The position numbers and the translations under genes were made by a program. This document shows, piece after piece, positions 1 through 14,049 of a stretch of 64,000 bases of DNA (the first letter of the stretch is position 1; the number at the start of each line of letters is the position of its first letter). This stretch comes from Octopus sinensis (taxonomy: Eukaryota): assembly GCF_006345805.1 (NCBI RefSeq), contig NC_042998.1, forward strand, positions 111,042,001-111,106,000, in the 5' to 3' direction. Below the pieces are notes generated by a model that saw only the letters and a program-made list of their open reading frames with translations, did not search any database and was not told the DNA's origin.

Positions 1-326
1 TTGTGTATGTGTATGTGTATGTGTGCGTGCGCGCGCGTGTGTGTCAATTCATATATTTATCTTATTCTCTATATTTCTATGGTATGGATTCATTCAAATA
101 CTAGAGAACGATCAGCCAAATCTTAAGAAAGCAAAATTTGTAATAAAAATAATCTTTCTTATTTTTATCTATTACTTTATGAGACTGTTGTATTTAATTT
201 TCTTTATGTTATTGAATTCTATTTTTTCCGAATTTATGATATTTGAATTTTCTTATAGTTAAATAAAATTCCATCAAACTATCTCTCTGTCATTTATGAC
301 TTTATATATATATATATATATATATA

Positions 327-760
327 TTCTTTTATTCTTTTACTTGTTTCAGTCATTTGACTGCGGCCATGATGGGGCACTGCCTTTAGTCGAGCAAATC
401 GACCCCAGGACTTATTCTTTGTAAGCCTAGTACTTTTTCTATCAGTCCGTTTTGCTGAACTGCTAAGTTTCGGGGATGTAAACACACTCGCGTCGGTTTT
501 CAAGCGATGTTGGGGGTACAAATACAGACACGCAAATACACACACACATACACACATACACACACACACACATGTATATATATATATACTTACATACGAC
601 AGGCTTTTTTCAGTTTCCGTCTACCAAATCCCCTCACAAGACTTTGGTCGACCCGAGGCAATAGGAGAAAACGCTTGCGGAAGGTGCCACGCAGTGGGAC
701 TGAATTCGGAAGCATGTGGTTGGTAAGCAAGCTACTTACCACACAACCACTCCTGCACCT
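327..760 (-). mobile_element. Composite tRNA-derived SINE (family 1): tRNA/CORE-like head, internal (TA)/(TG) microsatellite, ~200 bp tail
   Basis: Reverse complement of 600-760 gives a head with A/B-box-like motifs (TGGTTGTGTGGTAAG...GAATTCAGTCCC). The tail at 327-530 matches the tails at 23090-23290, 42600-42787 and 52380-52574. Confidence 0.9.
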
Positions 761-789
761 ATATAAGCGTAAATAAATACCAATGCAAT

Positions 790-927
<138 letters not shown>

Positions 928-1100
928 TTTTCTTACACTTTCAATTATGTGTGCGTATATATATATATATATATTTGCATGTGTAAACACTATGTACACA
1001 TAGTTTATAATCTAGTGGAAGTAAACAATTTTATATTGCAGGTTGAATGATTTAAAAATTCGAAAGAAATATTTCTAATCTTCATCTATACGTTATATGA

Positions 1101-1147
<47 letters not shown>

Positions 1148-1864
1148 TGTGTGTGTGTGTGTATGTTTGCGGGTGTATATGTTTGCGTGTGTGTGTATGA
1201 TTAAATATAACTGTATATATACATATACATATATATTCTGCATATATGTGCGAGCATGTGTCCAAATAATACATACCTTTAAATATATTATCGTTCATTT
1301 TCCCCACTACTTAACCAAAAATATTTCTCTGTCAGTCATTTGGGATCTTTTTTCTAGATTTTTATTGTTTTGTTTTATCAACAATACAAAAGACATTTGA
1401 ATATGTGCTGGAATCAACATCATATGTGAATGCATGAATGATTGATTACTCAGATCCCTTTATCATCTACAATCTATATAAATCACCTAATTGTCTTATC
1501 CTGCTCTCCTTTATTAACTCTCGGCAAAAATACATGCTTGAGTGCTACAACATTCTTTTATAGCTTGTCAATTCTACAGCAACCTTCCAGACGTAATTAC
1601 TTATCTCAATAGAATTATTATAAAATTTCGAGCGATTATGAGTCACAAAATTAATTTCCTATTATTTTATTTTATTTTCTGTAATGTTTCTTAAAATAAA
1701 CTGGTTTAAATATGAAAAAGAATTACCAAGAAACTGATTTGTTTGTTTAGAATATACTTTAAAATTCGGTGAGGCAACTTAGGAATACCTACATATTCAC
1801 TCCACCCGAAAATAAATTACACCTAAATCACACTCAAATTCCATCCTATCATTCCGACGACGAT

Positions 1865-2032
1865 GCAGAGTCGCCGTAGCAGCTTTGTAGGTCCCTGGAA
1901 AAATCAGTGCATTGGGCCCTGTAGTATTTATTTATCTACAGCAAGCCACAACATTTATGGGTCAGAAGTACACCCTATACCCAATGGGTCCGTGTGCAGC
2001 TGCCTAATGAGCCCATACTCTGGGACGGCTTT
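1865..2032. mobile_element. Degenerate hAT-like MITE
   Basis: Ends CAGAGTCGCC... and ...GGGACGGCTTTG resemble a decayed CAGGGCCGTCCC-type TIR pair; internal GGGCCC/GGTCC motifs. Confidence 0.4.
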
Positions 2033-2637
2033 GCGAGGATGAATACATTGAATTAGGTGGCCCTTGGTACATAATGCTTAAACTTTAGATAGGAGGTTCA
2101 CAGGTCATAGACTGAACAGTTTATAATAGACCTTCTGAAATCAGAGATTCAGATTGTCACGGTATCAATGCCACATATTATTCTCAGTTTCCTTGTCTGA
2201 TATCTGATTTCAGTTCCTGTATTACTTCATTTCATTGCTTATATTATATATATGCGACTTCGTCTGTCTCTACTTTTAACTCCTAAGCATATAATAGTAG
2301 TAGCTGGATTTAGTAGTAATGGTCGAGTTTAATGTTTGTGTCATAGAGACACTTCGTCTTGTATTTAAAAAAAAATATTTATACAAGAAGTCACAAAGAG
2401 CTTCATTTCACATCGAAGATTTTGTTCGAAGAATTTTGTATTCTAGTGAAAGTAAGCAATTTTACATTGCAGGTCGAATGATTTCAAAATTCGAATGAAA
2501 TATTTCTAATCTTCACTCGATTTTATGTTATTGAGTACTTTCCTGAAGTTGTGGTTCTGCTAGTGATTTAACAGGTATCTTCCAATATATACAGGTATAT
2601 GGGTGTGCGTGCTTGTATGTATGTATGTACGTACGTA

Positions 2638-3055
2638 CAGGGTGCGGAGATTAAACTGTTCTCTAAATTATGCAAAAATGAAAATAACACCCACATCTCA
2701 CTTTAACAAATATATTTACCAAAATTACATAAAAATATCTTGAAATACTAAACAGTAAATTTATTCAATAAAATCGCCATTGTTTTCAACTACAGCACCC
2801 GGACGTCTTCGGAATCTCTTGCAACTCTTCTGGATGGTCTTCTTGTCTAAGCTGGCGAATGTTGCCATAATCTTTGCCTTGAGTCCATCTTTGATGTTAC
2901 AAGGGGTTTTGTCGGCCTCTCTCTCAACTGTGTCCCACACATAATAATCAAGGAGGTTGCAGTCTGAGGAGTTAAGTGGTGTGCTCGTAGAAATTGTCTT
3001 ACATACCTGACTGGGTTTTCCTGCTTGTGTGGCATGATGCAAAGTCTTGCTGCAA
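2638..3055 (-). mobile_element. Tc1/mariner superfamily (maT/DD37D-like) transposase 3' fragment with TIR
   Basis: Minus-strand peptide PLNSSDCNLLDYYVWDTVERE...RFRRRPGAVVENNGDFIE matches the WPPNSPDLNPLDYYVW motif and C-terminus; TA-CAGGGTG TIR at 2636-2644. Confidence 0.9.
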
Positions 3056-3174
3056 AACATAAGGTCAACGTGAAATAAGGTGTCTTGCTCAAGGATAAAA
3101 CGCATCGCCCAGAATTGAACTCACGACATTACGATCGTGAGAGGAATACCGTAAACACTAAGCCACGCGCCTTC
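3056..3174 (-). mobile_element. tRNA-derived SINE head (family 2)
   Basis: Reverse complement GAAGGCGCGTGGCTTAGTG...GAGTTCAATTCT...CCTTGAGCAAGACAC matches the copy at 51515. Confidence 0.85.
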
Positions 3175-5643
3175 ACATTCGTCTATGTGTATAAGAACAT
3201 ATTAATATTTTCATTGAAATATGCTTGACAATAATGTCTAATACCTTGGGATCGTTAGATGATCTAGCATGGCTTGATGGTGAGACATATTGAGCAGGAA
3301 TCGTTTGTTATAGTGACAGCACAACATGTACTAGTGGCGTGCGTGTGTGAACGTAATTATGTACGTGTGTGTATACAGAATTGATGGTAACAATAAAACA
3401 GGATATTCAACATTAATTATGTGATAATAGGTGATACACATGAGAAAAAATAAATTCTGCTTATTTTCGTATATACATACCAAAATTCAAGTATATATAT
3501 ATATATATATACGTGTATGTGTGTGTATGAGTGAGTAATTGTGTTGTGTGTATGTGTGTGTGTGCGCGTGTAAAATTAGCCAATATGTTTCAACTACGTC
3601 TTTTAATAAGATTATCCGTTGCTCAGCTTCCTTTTCGTTCTAAATTATTTATATATGAAATACCTAATTGCCTTATTGCTGCTTACCTTTATTAGTTTTC
3701 ATCAAAACTACATATCTCCCATGTTATATTGTGATATTTTCAGTTTTTACTGTCTAAAACTTTCCAACCTATTTACTAAACGTAATAGACACTTCATTAT
3801 ATTCCGAATTTCTATGAGCCACCAAATTATTTTCTAGAAAATACTTTCTTTGATTTTCTATTACGTTATCGTGTTGAATTGCCTGAAATATCGAAAGGAC
3901 TGCTAAGAAAGCCTTTTTATATTTCTTTAGCAAATACATCGTAATTGGGTGCGTCATCATAGGAATAGCTACGCATACGAACCTTTACAAATAACGGACA
4001 AACCTTTCTCAAATCCCCACCCCACTGTCATTTAAACAAGGATGAGCAAATTGAATCGTATCGCTTTAAATAAACCGTATCTGAAATTCAGATCGGCGCG
4101 TTACATGTCACACTTCAAACAAATTATGATGCCTTGCTGGAATCAAGGTTTCATTAAGAGACAACAACGAATGTTACAACGTAAGCCGAACCTCTTGTCT
4201 TTTAAAAGTTGTGGTGTTTTTATATACAAATATGAAAACTCTATATTTTGCATGATCTGAAATTTTGAAGATATTTTTATAAATTTTAGGTTACACCACT
4301 GGGGCTATCTGTGTATGTTCTTTATTCCTTATATTTTTAATAAATTTAATTTTTTAAAATAATATTTGCCTTTAAGAAACTAGAAACTGTAAATCCGATA
4401 AATTAGGCAAGCTTTCAATTGCAAATAGGTGAGATAGTAGATATAACTAGACCGATTTTACATTAATGAACCACTTATTTCATGGTTATAAATAAACAGG
4501 TTTTGTTGCTGTTCTCTTTTGCCACCAGCATCGTCAATGTAAATCTTTTTTATATTTTCTAGCCTGTAATAGGGCGGTCTTGTAGCACTCAGATAGTTGA
4601 ACGAACTATTATAAGTTATAAAATGCTTCATTCTTTGATGAGCAATGATCATTGGCGTGGGATACAGGGTGATATTCTGGACGTGCACCATAGTTTACAA
4701 CGTTCTAAATATGTTTATCCTTCGTTGTCTCCTTTATTATGTCTATTATGTGTGTTGTTGCAGTTGAAATGCATTGCACCAGACTCCTGAAATATTTACG
4801 TTGTTGAACAAGATTTTGTTTTACATTTTATGTTCTCTTCTGTATAGTAAGGAATTGAGTAAATTTAGCAGGTGCTCTTTCGTGTTTTTGCTTTATACTG
4901 GAACTCTACATGGAACTGAAATGAGGTTTTAAAACACTACCTATAAAATAATAAGAGGATACGAATATGATGTCGCCTGCATATATGGCTGTTTGTAGTT
5001 ACTGTGGAAATGTAGAAATACCGAGTTCAAATGTGTATCTAAGAAAATGGATACCAATGAACCTTATTTTTGCTTTTGGATAAATGAAGATGGTGTAAGC
5101 GTTGGTAACATGACCGATAGATTGCAACTAATACATTTAGTTTATTTTCTTAAGGATTTCTTCAGTATTTTATTAAAAACTACAAATGGATACAACGATT
5201 TGTTGACTCCGATGGTAGTTAAGAAATATGTATAAAGATGGGCTGTTTGGTAGAAGCGCTCACCTTTCCTACGTGTGAGTTTTCAGAGTCCCTCCTTCAC
5301 AGATCTATAGAAACGATAGTTCATATATATAAGAACATCAAATAGCATATTTGCTAACATTCATAAAGTTTTCCCAAGCGAATATGACCAATAGTCGCAC
5401 AAAGCAGCGTTGAAATAATTCACGTATTTAATACATTAGGGTACACCCAGACATAGGAAAACCATCATGGAATGAAATAATTTCAGGAATATTTTCATGA
5501 ATAACACATATTTTCAAAGTGAAATTATTTCGAGAATATTTCAGCAGCGAAAGGTCTTCTTACGTCCGATACTGACAGAGGCGCTGAGTATGTCTTCTAC
5601 ATATATATTCTACTCAACACTGCAACGTGCGATTTTAGTTTTT

Positions 5644-5689
<46 letters not shown>

Positions 5690-6120
5690 GACCAAGAAAA
5701 CAACAGATAAGTCCAATTAATGGTATGACAACAAAAATTCCAGAGTGTCAGGAATGCAGTCTATATCTTACGGTGTAGTGAGAGATGGTGCAGAAACAAG
5801 GCAACAACTTACAATAGGAGGCGGCACATAGCATAGCGGGGCGAAGAAGCGAGACTGGCGGTAGCTCAAAGAGAATAAATGCTAGTCAGTGCTCTACCAA
5901 AATGCTCACGTAGAACATAGAGACTCGGTTAATATCATAGATTTTAAGATATTATCAACACATAAAACAGACATAACACTTAGATTACGGAAGCCACACG
6001 CATAGAAATAGACAGACCGAGCTTCCTTCAACAGAAAACATTACTGGAACAATAATACGCACCGCCACTACACCACGCAATACGGCGACTAAAAACAGAA
6101 AGGAAAAAAAGATACAGATA
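5690..6120 (+). mobile_element. Degenerate Penelope-like element, GIY-YIG C-terminal remnant
   Basis: Frameshifted peptide HVEHRDSVNIIDFKILSTHKTDITLR...IEIDRPSFNRKHYWNN is typical of PLE endonuclease C-termini; preceded by a CxxC linker (CQECS). Confidence 0.6.
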
Positions 6121-6854
6121 CAAAGAGTATAATACACGCACAAAAGACAAACATGTACATACTTATGATGAAATATAAGAAATAAAGATAAATATGTAAA
6201 TAAAATGTACTATATACTGGGCACGGTTACAAACAATATAGTAAGCAAACCCATATACATAAATATGCAGTAACTTAACAAACAGCCGCAACAACAACAA
6301 CCACGATGACAACAACATGAACAAACGTACAAACACAGAAAGATACAAGAACAAATTCAAAGTGAGAGTCAAAACAGCAGCACTTCTGTACCTATATGTA
6401 TATATATTATATCTGTGTGTGTATGTGTGTAAGAGCAAGAGAGAGAGAGAGAGTTTCGAAGTCGTCACAGATTTCCCATCATCTTTGTTCAATAACTGGT
6501 GTACTTGGGGATCATGTATACTGAATAATTAACATCATATTTCAAGAGTAATTTAAGAACTCTTCTAGTTCCAAATTCAATATCCACTGAAACGTATATC
6601 AATCGTCCGATGTCAATAAAATAAGTTCTGAACAGCAGTGAATTCAAACAGCCGTGTCTTACCCTTCAGAACTAACTCTTCTTATTCTGTAGCTTAGAGG
6701 CAGAGTCCGAAGAAGAAGAAGGTGGTCTACATTGTCATGAATAATTGAGTCTGGAGACTTCGTATTCCTGTGGCGAGTAGAGTGACGTGATTTCTTGGGG
6801 TCCTGTTATCTGAAACAGAGAAAAGGATTTCTCTTCCCTTCTCGCGTTCTCCCA

Positions 6855-6855
<1 letters not shown>

Positions 6856-6940
<85 letters not shown>
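6856..6940. repeat. (CT)n microsatellite
   Basis: Directly visible. Confidence 0.98.
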
Positions 6941-6941
<1 letters not shown>

Positions 6942-7168
6942 GACAGAGTCGCATCCCAAAATTTGGGGTTCTTTTTTCACCCTCATTCAAATTCTCAAAC
7001 GGCCGACCTCTAAATCGATGCACTCTCTACAAATTTACCCGACCTAATAATAATGTCATTCAAAACACGCTAAAATCCAACCCGCCGTTGTTATTTATAC
7101 ATTTGACGATGTAATATCTGATATATATAAATAAACCAATGGTACGACTGGAATGTGCTTTAAAACAG

Positions 7169-7208
7169 GTTCATTGGATCAAGACGGAACTCGTGCTGAA
7201 CGATTAAA
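7169..7208 (+). CDS. Putative internal exon (phase 1->2) of unidentified gene: (G)SLDQDGTRAERL(K)
   Basis: ttaaaacag|GT...AA|gtaaac; only one frame is open and it joins in frame to 7432. Confidence 0.4.
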
Positions 7209-7431
7209 GTAAACAAAAAGATAGTGCTAGAAACAATAGTATAAAATATAGAGGCTGGTTCGTCATTGCTGGAATGTTTCAGACCATAAATTTACTTAGG
7301 GATTACCTAGAATCAAAAAGAAACTCATAAAATTAGGTCATATTTGATAATATAATTCTTGATGCATAATGTCTAATGAGAATTTAATGGTAAAACTGAC
7401 CTATATTAAACAATAAATTTGCCATGTTTAG

Positions 7432-7505
7432 GCTTTTCACTCACGAAGATTTACAAGAACCAGTTTTTACAATCAAGACTAATTTTAAGATTGATAGAAA
7501 TATTG
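7432..7505 (+). CDS. Putative internal exon (phase 2->1): LFTHEDLQEPVFTIKTNFKIDRNI
   Basis: catgtttag|G...ATTG|gtaatg; open frame, phase-compatible with 10419. Confidence 0.55.
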
Positions 7506-10418
7506 GTAATGTTACTAAACTTTCATTAACATTAATTTTAATATCATGTCTTTCGTATAGCTAAAATCTGTAAAACATATGAAATTTAAAGATTACCCTC
7601 TCAGAATGATACAGTGTCTAATCAAAGAAAACCTTGATCATAATGGTTTTATCTAACGTCGGTATAAAAATAAAAAGACGAAATAAAAATAGTTACTTCA
7701 TTCCCAAGTACTACGGATTTACCATGGTATTTCCACATAGAATACGAATGTGGTTTCTTCTTGTTACTCTTCTTCGATTATTTAGCTACATATTTCGTTA
7801 CAAGATACCATCTTGTCTGCTGGAGACACTTCCAAGAATATTTTCCCCCAAACATGTTATTTATCTTTCCTAAGATCTCTTGCAATAGAAAATAAAATTA
7901 ATAAAATATACTCCTATTATATTTTACTGTTAATCTTTAGTAATTTCACTCTTAATCATTTACTTTTGCGAAAAGCATGAATGTTACAAAATCGCACTTC
8001 AAATAGCCATAAATATTGCATGCTTATTTGATAGAAAAGATGACATTATAATTAATGATACATCACTAACGAATATCAAAATGAACGACAGCTGAATATA
8101 CTTAGAATTGCATTGTCTATAAAGTGTATAGTTTCTTTATCTGAACATTCATTTATTAAATTACTTATTGAATTGATTTTCGGTATTTTCAGATAGACAT
8201 AGTATGTTATTGTTGCCATTTTATTAAAGAGTTGCTACAATTTTCTAAAGATATATTTAGACATGATGGAACATCATGAAATGTTTTATATATTTTTTGG
8301 AGTCATACCGCAAGTTGACCGTTGGTTGATATTAGCGATTATTCGTACAAGGTCAACAGCCTATGGATAGATTGTTCAGCTACCAATTTTCCAGTCTCTG
8401 CAAAGATATCGTAGGCGTTGTATTTCTTCTTCTGGCTAAGACACAGAAAAAAATATGTAATTAGCATTTCTACGAAAAAATACGTATACCTACATTTTGG
8501 GAGCGTCGTATGTACAAACTTTTGTGTTTTATATAAAAATTACATTCTGTCTGCAAACTTTAGATTACCTAGGATTTCATGTGTAATAATTTAATTTCGG
8601 ATTTATTATTTTACAAGGAGATATTCATTTTTGCATATGTCATGCTTATACCACATTAGCGCAGATGATTTTTTCCTCAACTATTACTAATTCTCTTCTG
8701 CTTTTTAAATTTTGCTTTTGTTATTTTTTCATACAATCTCGCATTGCACTGTTATCATAATCACTGACGAGAAAAACACTTCACTTATTGATTTTGGTCA
8801 AGATATCTCGATCGATAAGAATTTTTTCCACTCGCTGAGTTATTTTCAAAGAGTCGGTGATAATACTTTCTGTCAGCAGTTATGTCTCTTGATGATACTT
8901 TATTATTCTAATCATACTATTTCACGTCTCATTGACTTTTTATTATTAATGTTATTTTCATTGCTGTTGTTCCTGTTATTTTCATGTAATTATTACATTT
9001 ATTGTTGTAGTTCTTATTGGTACTGTTGCCGACAGTGTTGTTGCTGACACTGTTGTTGTCGTCGCTCTTATTGTTTTGATGATAACGCTTGCAAGTGTCT
9101 GAGAATTATTATGTTGCAGATGGGCCGGTTTGTAAGTGATTTGTCTAGTTGTCTACAACGACTTTTATTATATTTTCCTCTCTTATTTTCAGACTTGTTT
9201 TCCCCTGTTTACTACTATATGATATGATAGGATAATAAATGGTGTTAAGCCCTGTCTACTATTTTCACAATTTTTCTCGTCTGAATATAAGAATTATGTT
9301 TACCGTACGGCTTATGCTGCTGAATGTTATTTTGTTGTTGCTGCTGCAGCTTTTGCTACTGCTGTTCATATTGTTAATAACGATAATTATGAGACAGGAG
9401 TTGCAAAGACGAAAAGATGGAATGACTTGTAGGACGAAGAAGGAAATAAAAATGAGAAAGAACAAGAGAAAGAAGACGAAAAGGAATCTTTATTTTTGCA
9501 AACATTAATCTCAATCTATGAAGCACGGAGTGTTAACATAACATTATCAATAGGTTATTATTTTGTGATTTGTTTAAAATTGTTCTTGCATTTATTCCTA
9601 TTTGACATCTGACTGTGAGTTAATAACACTTACAGCTTAATCTCATAAAGTCTTGGTAATATTTTATTCATAAGCTAAGTATTTTCTACTAAAACTTGTA
9701 ATTTTTTCCTTAGTAATGAAATCAGACAAAATAAATCCTGAATTAGTCTGTATGAGTAAAAGATAATCAATAAAAAATAATGATATTCATATAATTAAAA
9801 CTCAGTTTTGTTCTATCCTTTCGACCTATAAAAAGAGAAATTATTGTGAACGATTTCTTGTAAAACGTATAATGCTTCACTTTATATTCTTATGTTTCCT
9901 GTTACCTGCTACTGCTTTCCAAGTACAGCCTATTACATGGTCTAGTGGCTAGCAAAGAAACACATCTACTCACCCTGGTCATTTTATAAGGATATATACA
10001 TGGGCAGCCAAGAGCGGGAAGACATCTCACATTGAGACCAATTTCCAAGCACGCTTTGTGAGAAAACTACCAAGTGAAACACAGAATGCGCTACTTTTAC
10101 GACTTTAGGCAACGGAATTTAGATCAACCGGGCTTAAAATATGAACCCTTTGAATACTTAGACGAATTTGAATTCTGCATGCAGAGACAATTTTTTTAAT
10201 GGATTGAATAGATATTAAACTGAGACAATTCCTTATTATATGAGAAATATCCTTACACGTTGTCGAAGTGGTCTTCTACCTTAACTTTAGGTCTACCAAA
10301 AATCTTTCCAGTGTAATTTCGTAAACAAAAACAATGTGAAAAACTGTCACAAACTCTGCTTATTCTGAGCGAAAGACTTAATCTTTTGTTTGGCTTAACA
10401 ACGATTTTTGCTGTTTAG

Positions 10419-10546
10419 ATGCTTTTAGCGGAGTTTACTCAAATGGAAGCTTTCCGACAGATCTGCAATTTGACTCACCCTTCCTGCAACTTATCAGAGA
10501 AACTCTAAAAGTAGGCATAAGCATTATCCTTCCACTTCTGATTCAG
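10419..10546 (+). CDS. Putative internal exon (phase 1->0): (D)AFSGVYSNGSFPTDLQFDSPFLQLIRETLKVGISIILPLLIQ
   Basis: atttttgctgtttag|AT...CAG|gtaaag; 42 open codons in locally GC-richer sequence; the other two frames are closed. Confidence 0.65.
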
Positions 10547-12357
10547 GTAAAGAGCAAAACAAAATCAAGAGCTTGGTATTGTTTTGAGGGGGCTTAACTA
10601 AAGAGTAGAGGAATTGAAATTGAAGGATGCAAGCGAACTAAAGAAATATAAAACAAACGAAGAAAAATTGCTTTGAAATGTTATTGAGGCTTTACAATGG
10701 AAGCTGAATCAGGAAAAAACTGATATGTAAAGCAGTAGTCAAACAATACAATAATATGAGTGAATAAAAAATTATATAGACAATAATCTATAAAGAATCA
10801 TCACGTGCATGAATAATAGCATGATTTAAATAATCATATTCATTCACAATATGTTTCGGCTAAGTCGAACGGGAATGCACTGTTGTTATGCGTGCGTGTG
10901 TTCACAAAACATTCGGTTTTTTGGCATAAGGGGATTTGATACAACTCGATGTTATAAAGATAATATATATTTTAATAAATTAGAAAAGAGATGAGACTAA
11001 GATATACAATATGGTAACCAAAGAAGCCTTTGTACTGATTTCCTACATACTAGAAAAAGTAACAACATTTCCTTCAGTCAACACTCTCAGAAAGCCCCAC
11101 ACTAGATAAAGAAATCATAACAAACCTAAATTAGAAATAGGATGATCACAGCGAAAACATTCGATTATGGATCTGCGTCTGTTATGTATTTATACAAAAA
11201 CAAATCAACGATAATATGATGGAAGAAAAGTAGAGCTAAAAATACCGTTAAGAAATTCAGCGAGTGGTTATGGTTTTATAGGAACTGAAAGAATGTAGTG
11301 AATGTATAGCTTAATATATCTTTAAATAAAATATAGCATCACACAATGGAGGGATGGATATAGTCGACAATATATTGATCTCAGTATTTGAGTGATAGCA
11401 TATTTTTACAGACATTGGATGGATGAAAGGCAAAATAGACCTCGGTCGATTTGAATACGAGGGCGGAGTTAGGAAATATGAAGAGGTGAAATAAAATAAT
11501 GAAGGTCAATAAATGATCATAGTTCATAAGTAATAAAAAAAAATGGAAAATATGAGAAAAATTTTAATGAATCTAGAAAATAATCTATTAGACATTTTTA
11601 AAGTATTCAAAAACTGAAAATAGTGGCGGGAAGAAGAATGTTAATGACACTACAGTGAGAATGTATAAACATAAAGATGAACGTGTGTGTGTGCGTGTTT
11701 GTGTGTGCGTGTTTGTGTGTGCGCGTGAGAGAGAGAGAGAGAAGGTGATGGTATAAATGCCAGTAATTAATTAGAGTTGTTCACTGAAAGAAATTCACGT
11801 AATTGCTTCACGACCCATTGCGTGCCTGCTAGACCTTCCAGAAGATGCAGCTAAATTCATCTAAAATCACCCATTTATAGACCTATGAAATAAAGGATAC
11901 ATTTGATTATGTACAGGGAAATACATTGTGCCTAAAATTATCAGGTGGTTATGGGAGAGAACGATTTTGATCAATGATCTGCTTGATCAGAACTAACCTA
12001 AAGTTAAACAGGAAAAATAGCAAAAACACAGCAATAACAAAAGCAATAATAACTGCTTGAAAATGTAAGAATAAGTAGTGAAAAGTAAATGGAAATGGGC
12101 CGGGTATATGATAATGATGGCAAAACGCATACATAAATGGAGATAATTAAACTCCATAGTTTAATTCATAGAAGTGAGAAATTATCTCTAGAAGAAAAGC
12201 AACAATGCATATTCTTTCACTTTCATATATCACTGAATTTTGTCATCGACTATCGGAATGCTTCGATGCCATTAGGCTTCGAACTACTTTTGTTATGAGA
12301 CCAGTTTGTACACCAACAAACATAAACTCAGATATGGGCTCTGAGAAACACACACTT

Positions 12358-12390
<33 letters not shown>

Positions 12391-13859
12391 AACACACACG
12401 TGCGCGCATGCACATACATATACATATGTGTGTGAGAGAGAGAGTGTGTGTGTGTGAGTATGTGTGCGTATGTGTTTTTATAAATAAAAGGTTTATGACT
12501 TAAGTCTGTAGTACTCAAAGTCTCACTGACGTAAAAGATACCGCATTATTCAGATGCTGAGAATCTAACTTGGAATGCTGTATGAGTCCTAAACAAGGAT
12601 TACTATTCGTCACCTTGTCTTCTGTAATAAAGCTAGTTTTCAACAATTGCTACGAGACTGCCAGTCGTTACAGAGCCTGCTAAAAATTATTGCATGTGTG
12701 CCAGAAGAAATGCAATGAGGAACAACTCGTCTACATTAAGTGTCATCCATATTTTCATTAACAATCCCAGCAAGAGCAAGATGTTTTGTGAAATACCATG
12801 AATATTATGAAAGCTGACATTTTGATATTAGGGAGCTCTTTTGACAAGAGCCGTGTGAAATCTTAGTCTTCTAGTTAAGGAATACAATGGGCTCGTGTAA
12901 TACTTGATGTTTCTTGAGTATGGTTCAGTTTAAGTTGGGTAGGAGTATTACATGGATCTTATGTTTCCAGTAAAAAGATAATTTCTATTATAGGTTTTTA
13001 TTCTCACTGACCAGGGAGCTTATATGCTGAGAGAAACATTTAATACCACCGTGTAGCTTGTTAAGCTAGTCAACATACACACAAACACACACACACAGAC
13101 ATACGAATATATACATACACAGGTTAGAAATTGAGATTTTAAATGTTCAGTTATAATTCTATATTGACAAACATCGCTTCAATTGCATAGATTTGTATAG
13201 GAACAGATAAAGCGAAGAAATATTTCCTTGTGGCTAATTATTCTGCTTTAATTAATGCAGTCATCTCTTTTAATTTATAATTAACACTCTAAAGTAGAAT
13301 GAAAGTGAATATACCTCTAACTATTCGGTTGGCTCCATTCAGAATATCTTCACATTTCATATGAAGATGTGATACTATGTGAAACTAATAAACTAATGCA
13401 ACTTGAATATCCATAGTTGTGAAAAACTGTGGAACTGCAAAAATCATCAGTCAAATCTCCGGCAAATTCAACACCATCCCCTCACATAAATATACTTTCA
13501 TTCCAGATTAAATTCTCCTATAGTGCTAGATATCCAGAATGAACAGGATAGTTGTTCCTGGAAATACTTTGATCATAGCCATCATTTAGTCTATATTATA
13601 TAAACTGCCGCAATAATAAATTGGTGAAAATTCTAATAACATCAATTGAGTTTACAAAATCTAACTGAAAATTATATCTGGAAATTAAACCACTGCCAAT
13701 TACTTAAAATAAGCAAATACAATGTGTCTTTCCATTATTAGGAGTGGCTGTGTCCCGTGTTTATAACGAGACTGGAGTTTTGTTACTGCAGAAATGTAAC
13801 GTGACTGATATTTCAAAAGAATGTTTGTGTGTGTGTGTTTGTTGTGTGTGTGTGTGTGT

Positions 13860-13895
<36 letters not shown>

Positions 13896-14049
13896 TTATG
13901 TATGTATGTATGAGTTCAAGCTACGCATCTGCTACATTAGCAAAAGAACAGCTCTAATTTTGGGGGATCGTCCCTCCCTCTCCTTTTCAATAACGAGGGC
14001 TCTATAAACAATATCCCCACACAGGAATATTCCATATCTGCTGCAAAAT

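Noticed and set aside
1942-2075. EGF-like-looking peptide (PIPNGSVCSCLMSPYSG...LCEDEY)
   Set aside because: Needs a frameshift, every frame from the acceptor hits a stop, and the segment is bounded by MITE-like ends.
2761-3105. 114 aa ORF as a single gene
   Set aside because: Chimera of a family 2 SINE head read through into a maT transposase tail.
8880-9480. Hydrophobic poly-Leu ORFs resembling membrane proteins
   Set aside because: Decayed (TTG/CTG)n trinucleotide repeats.
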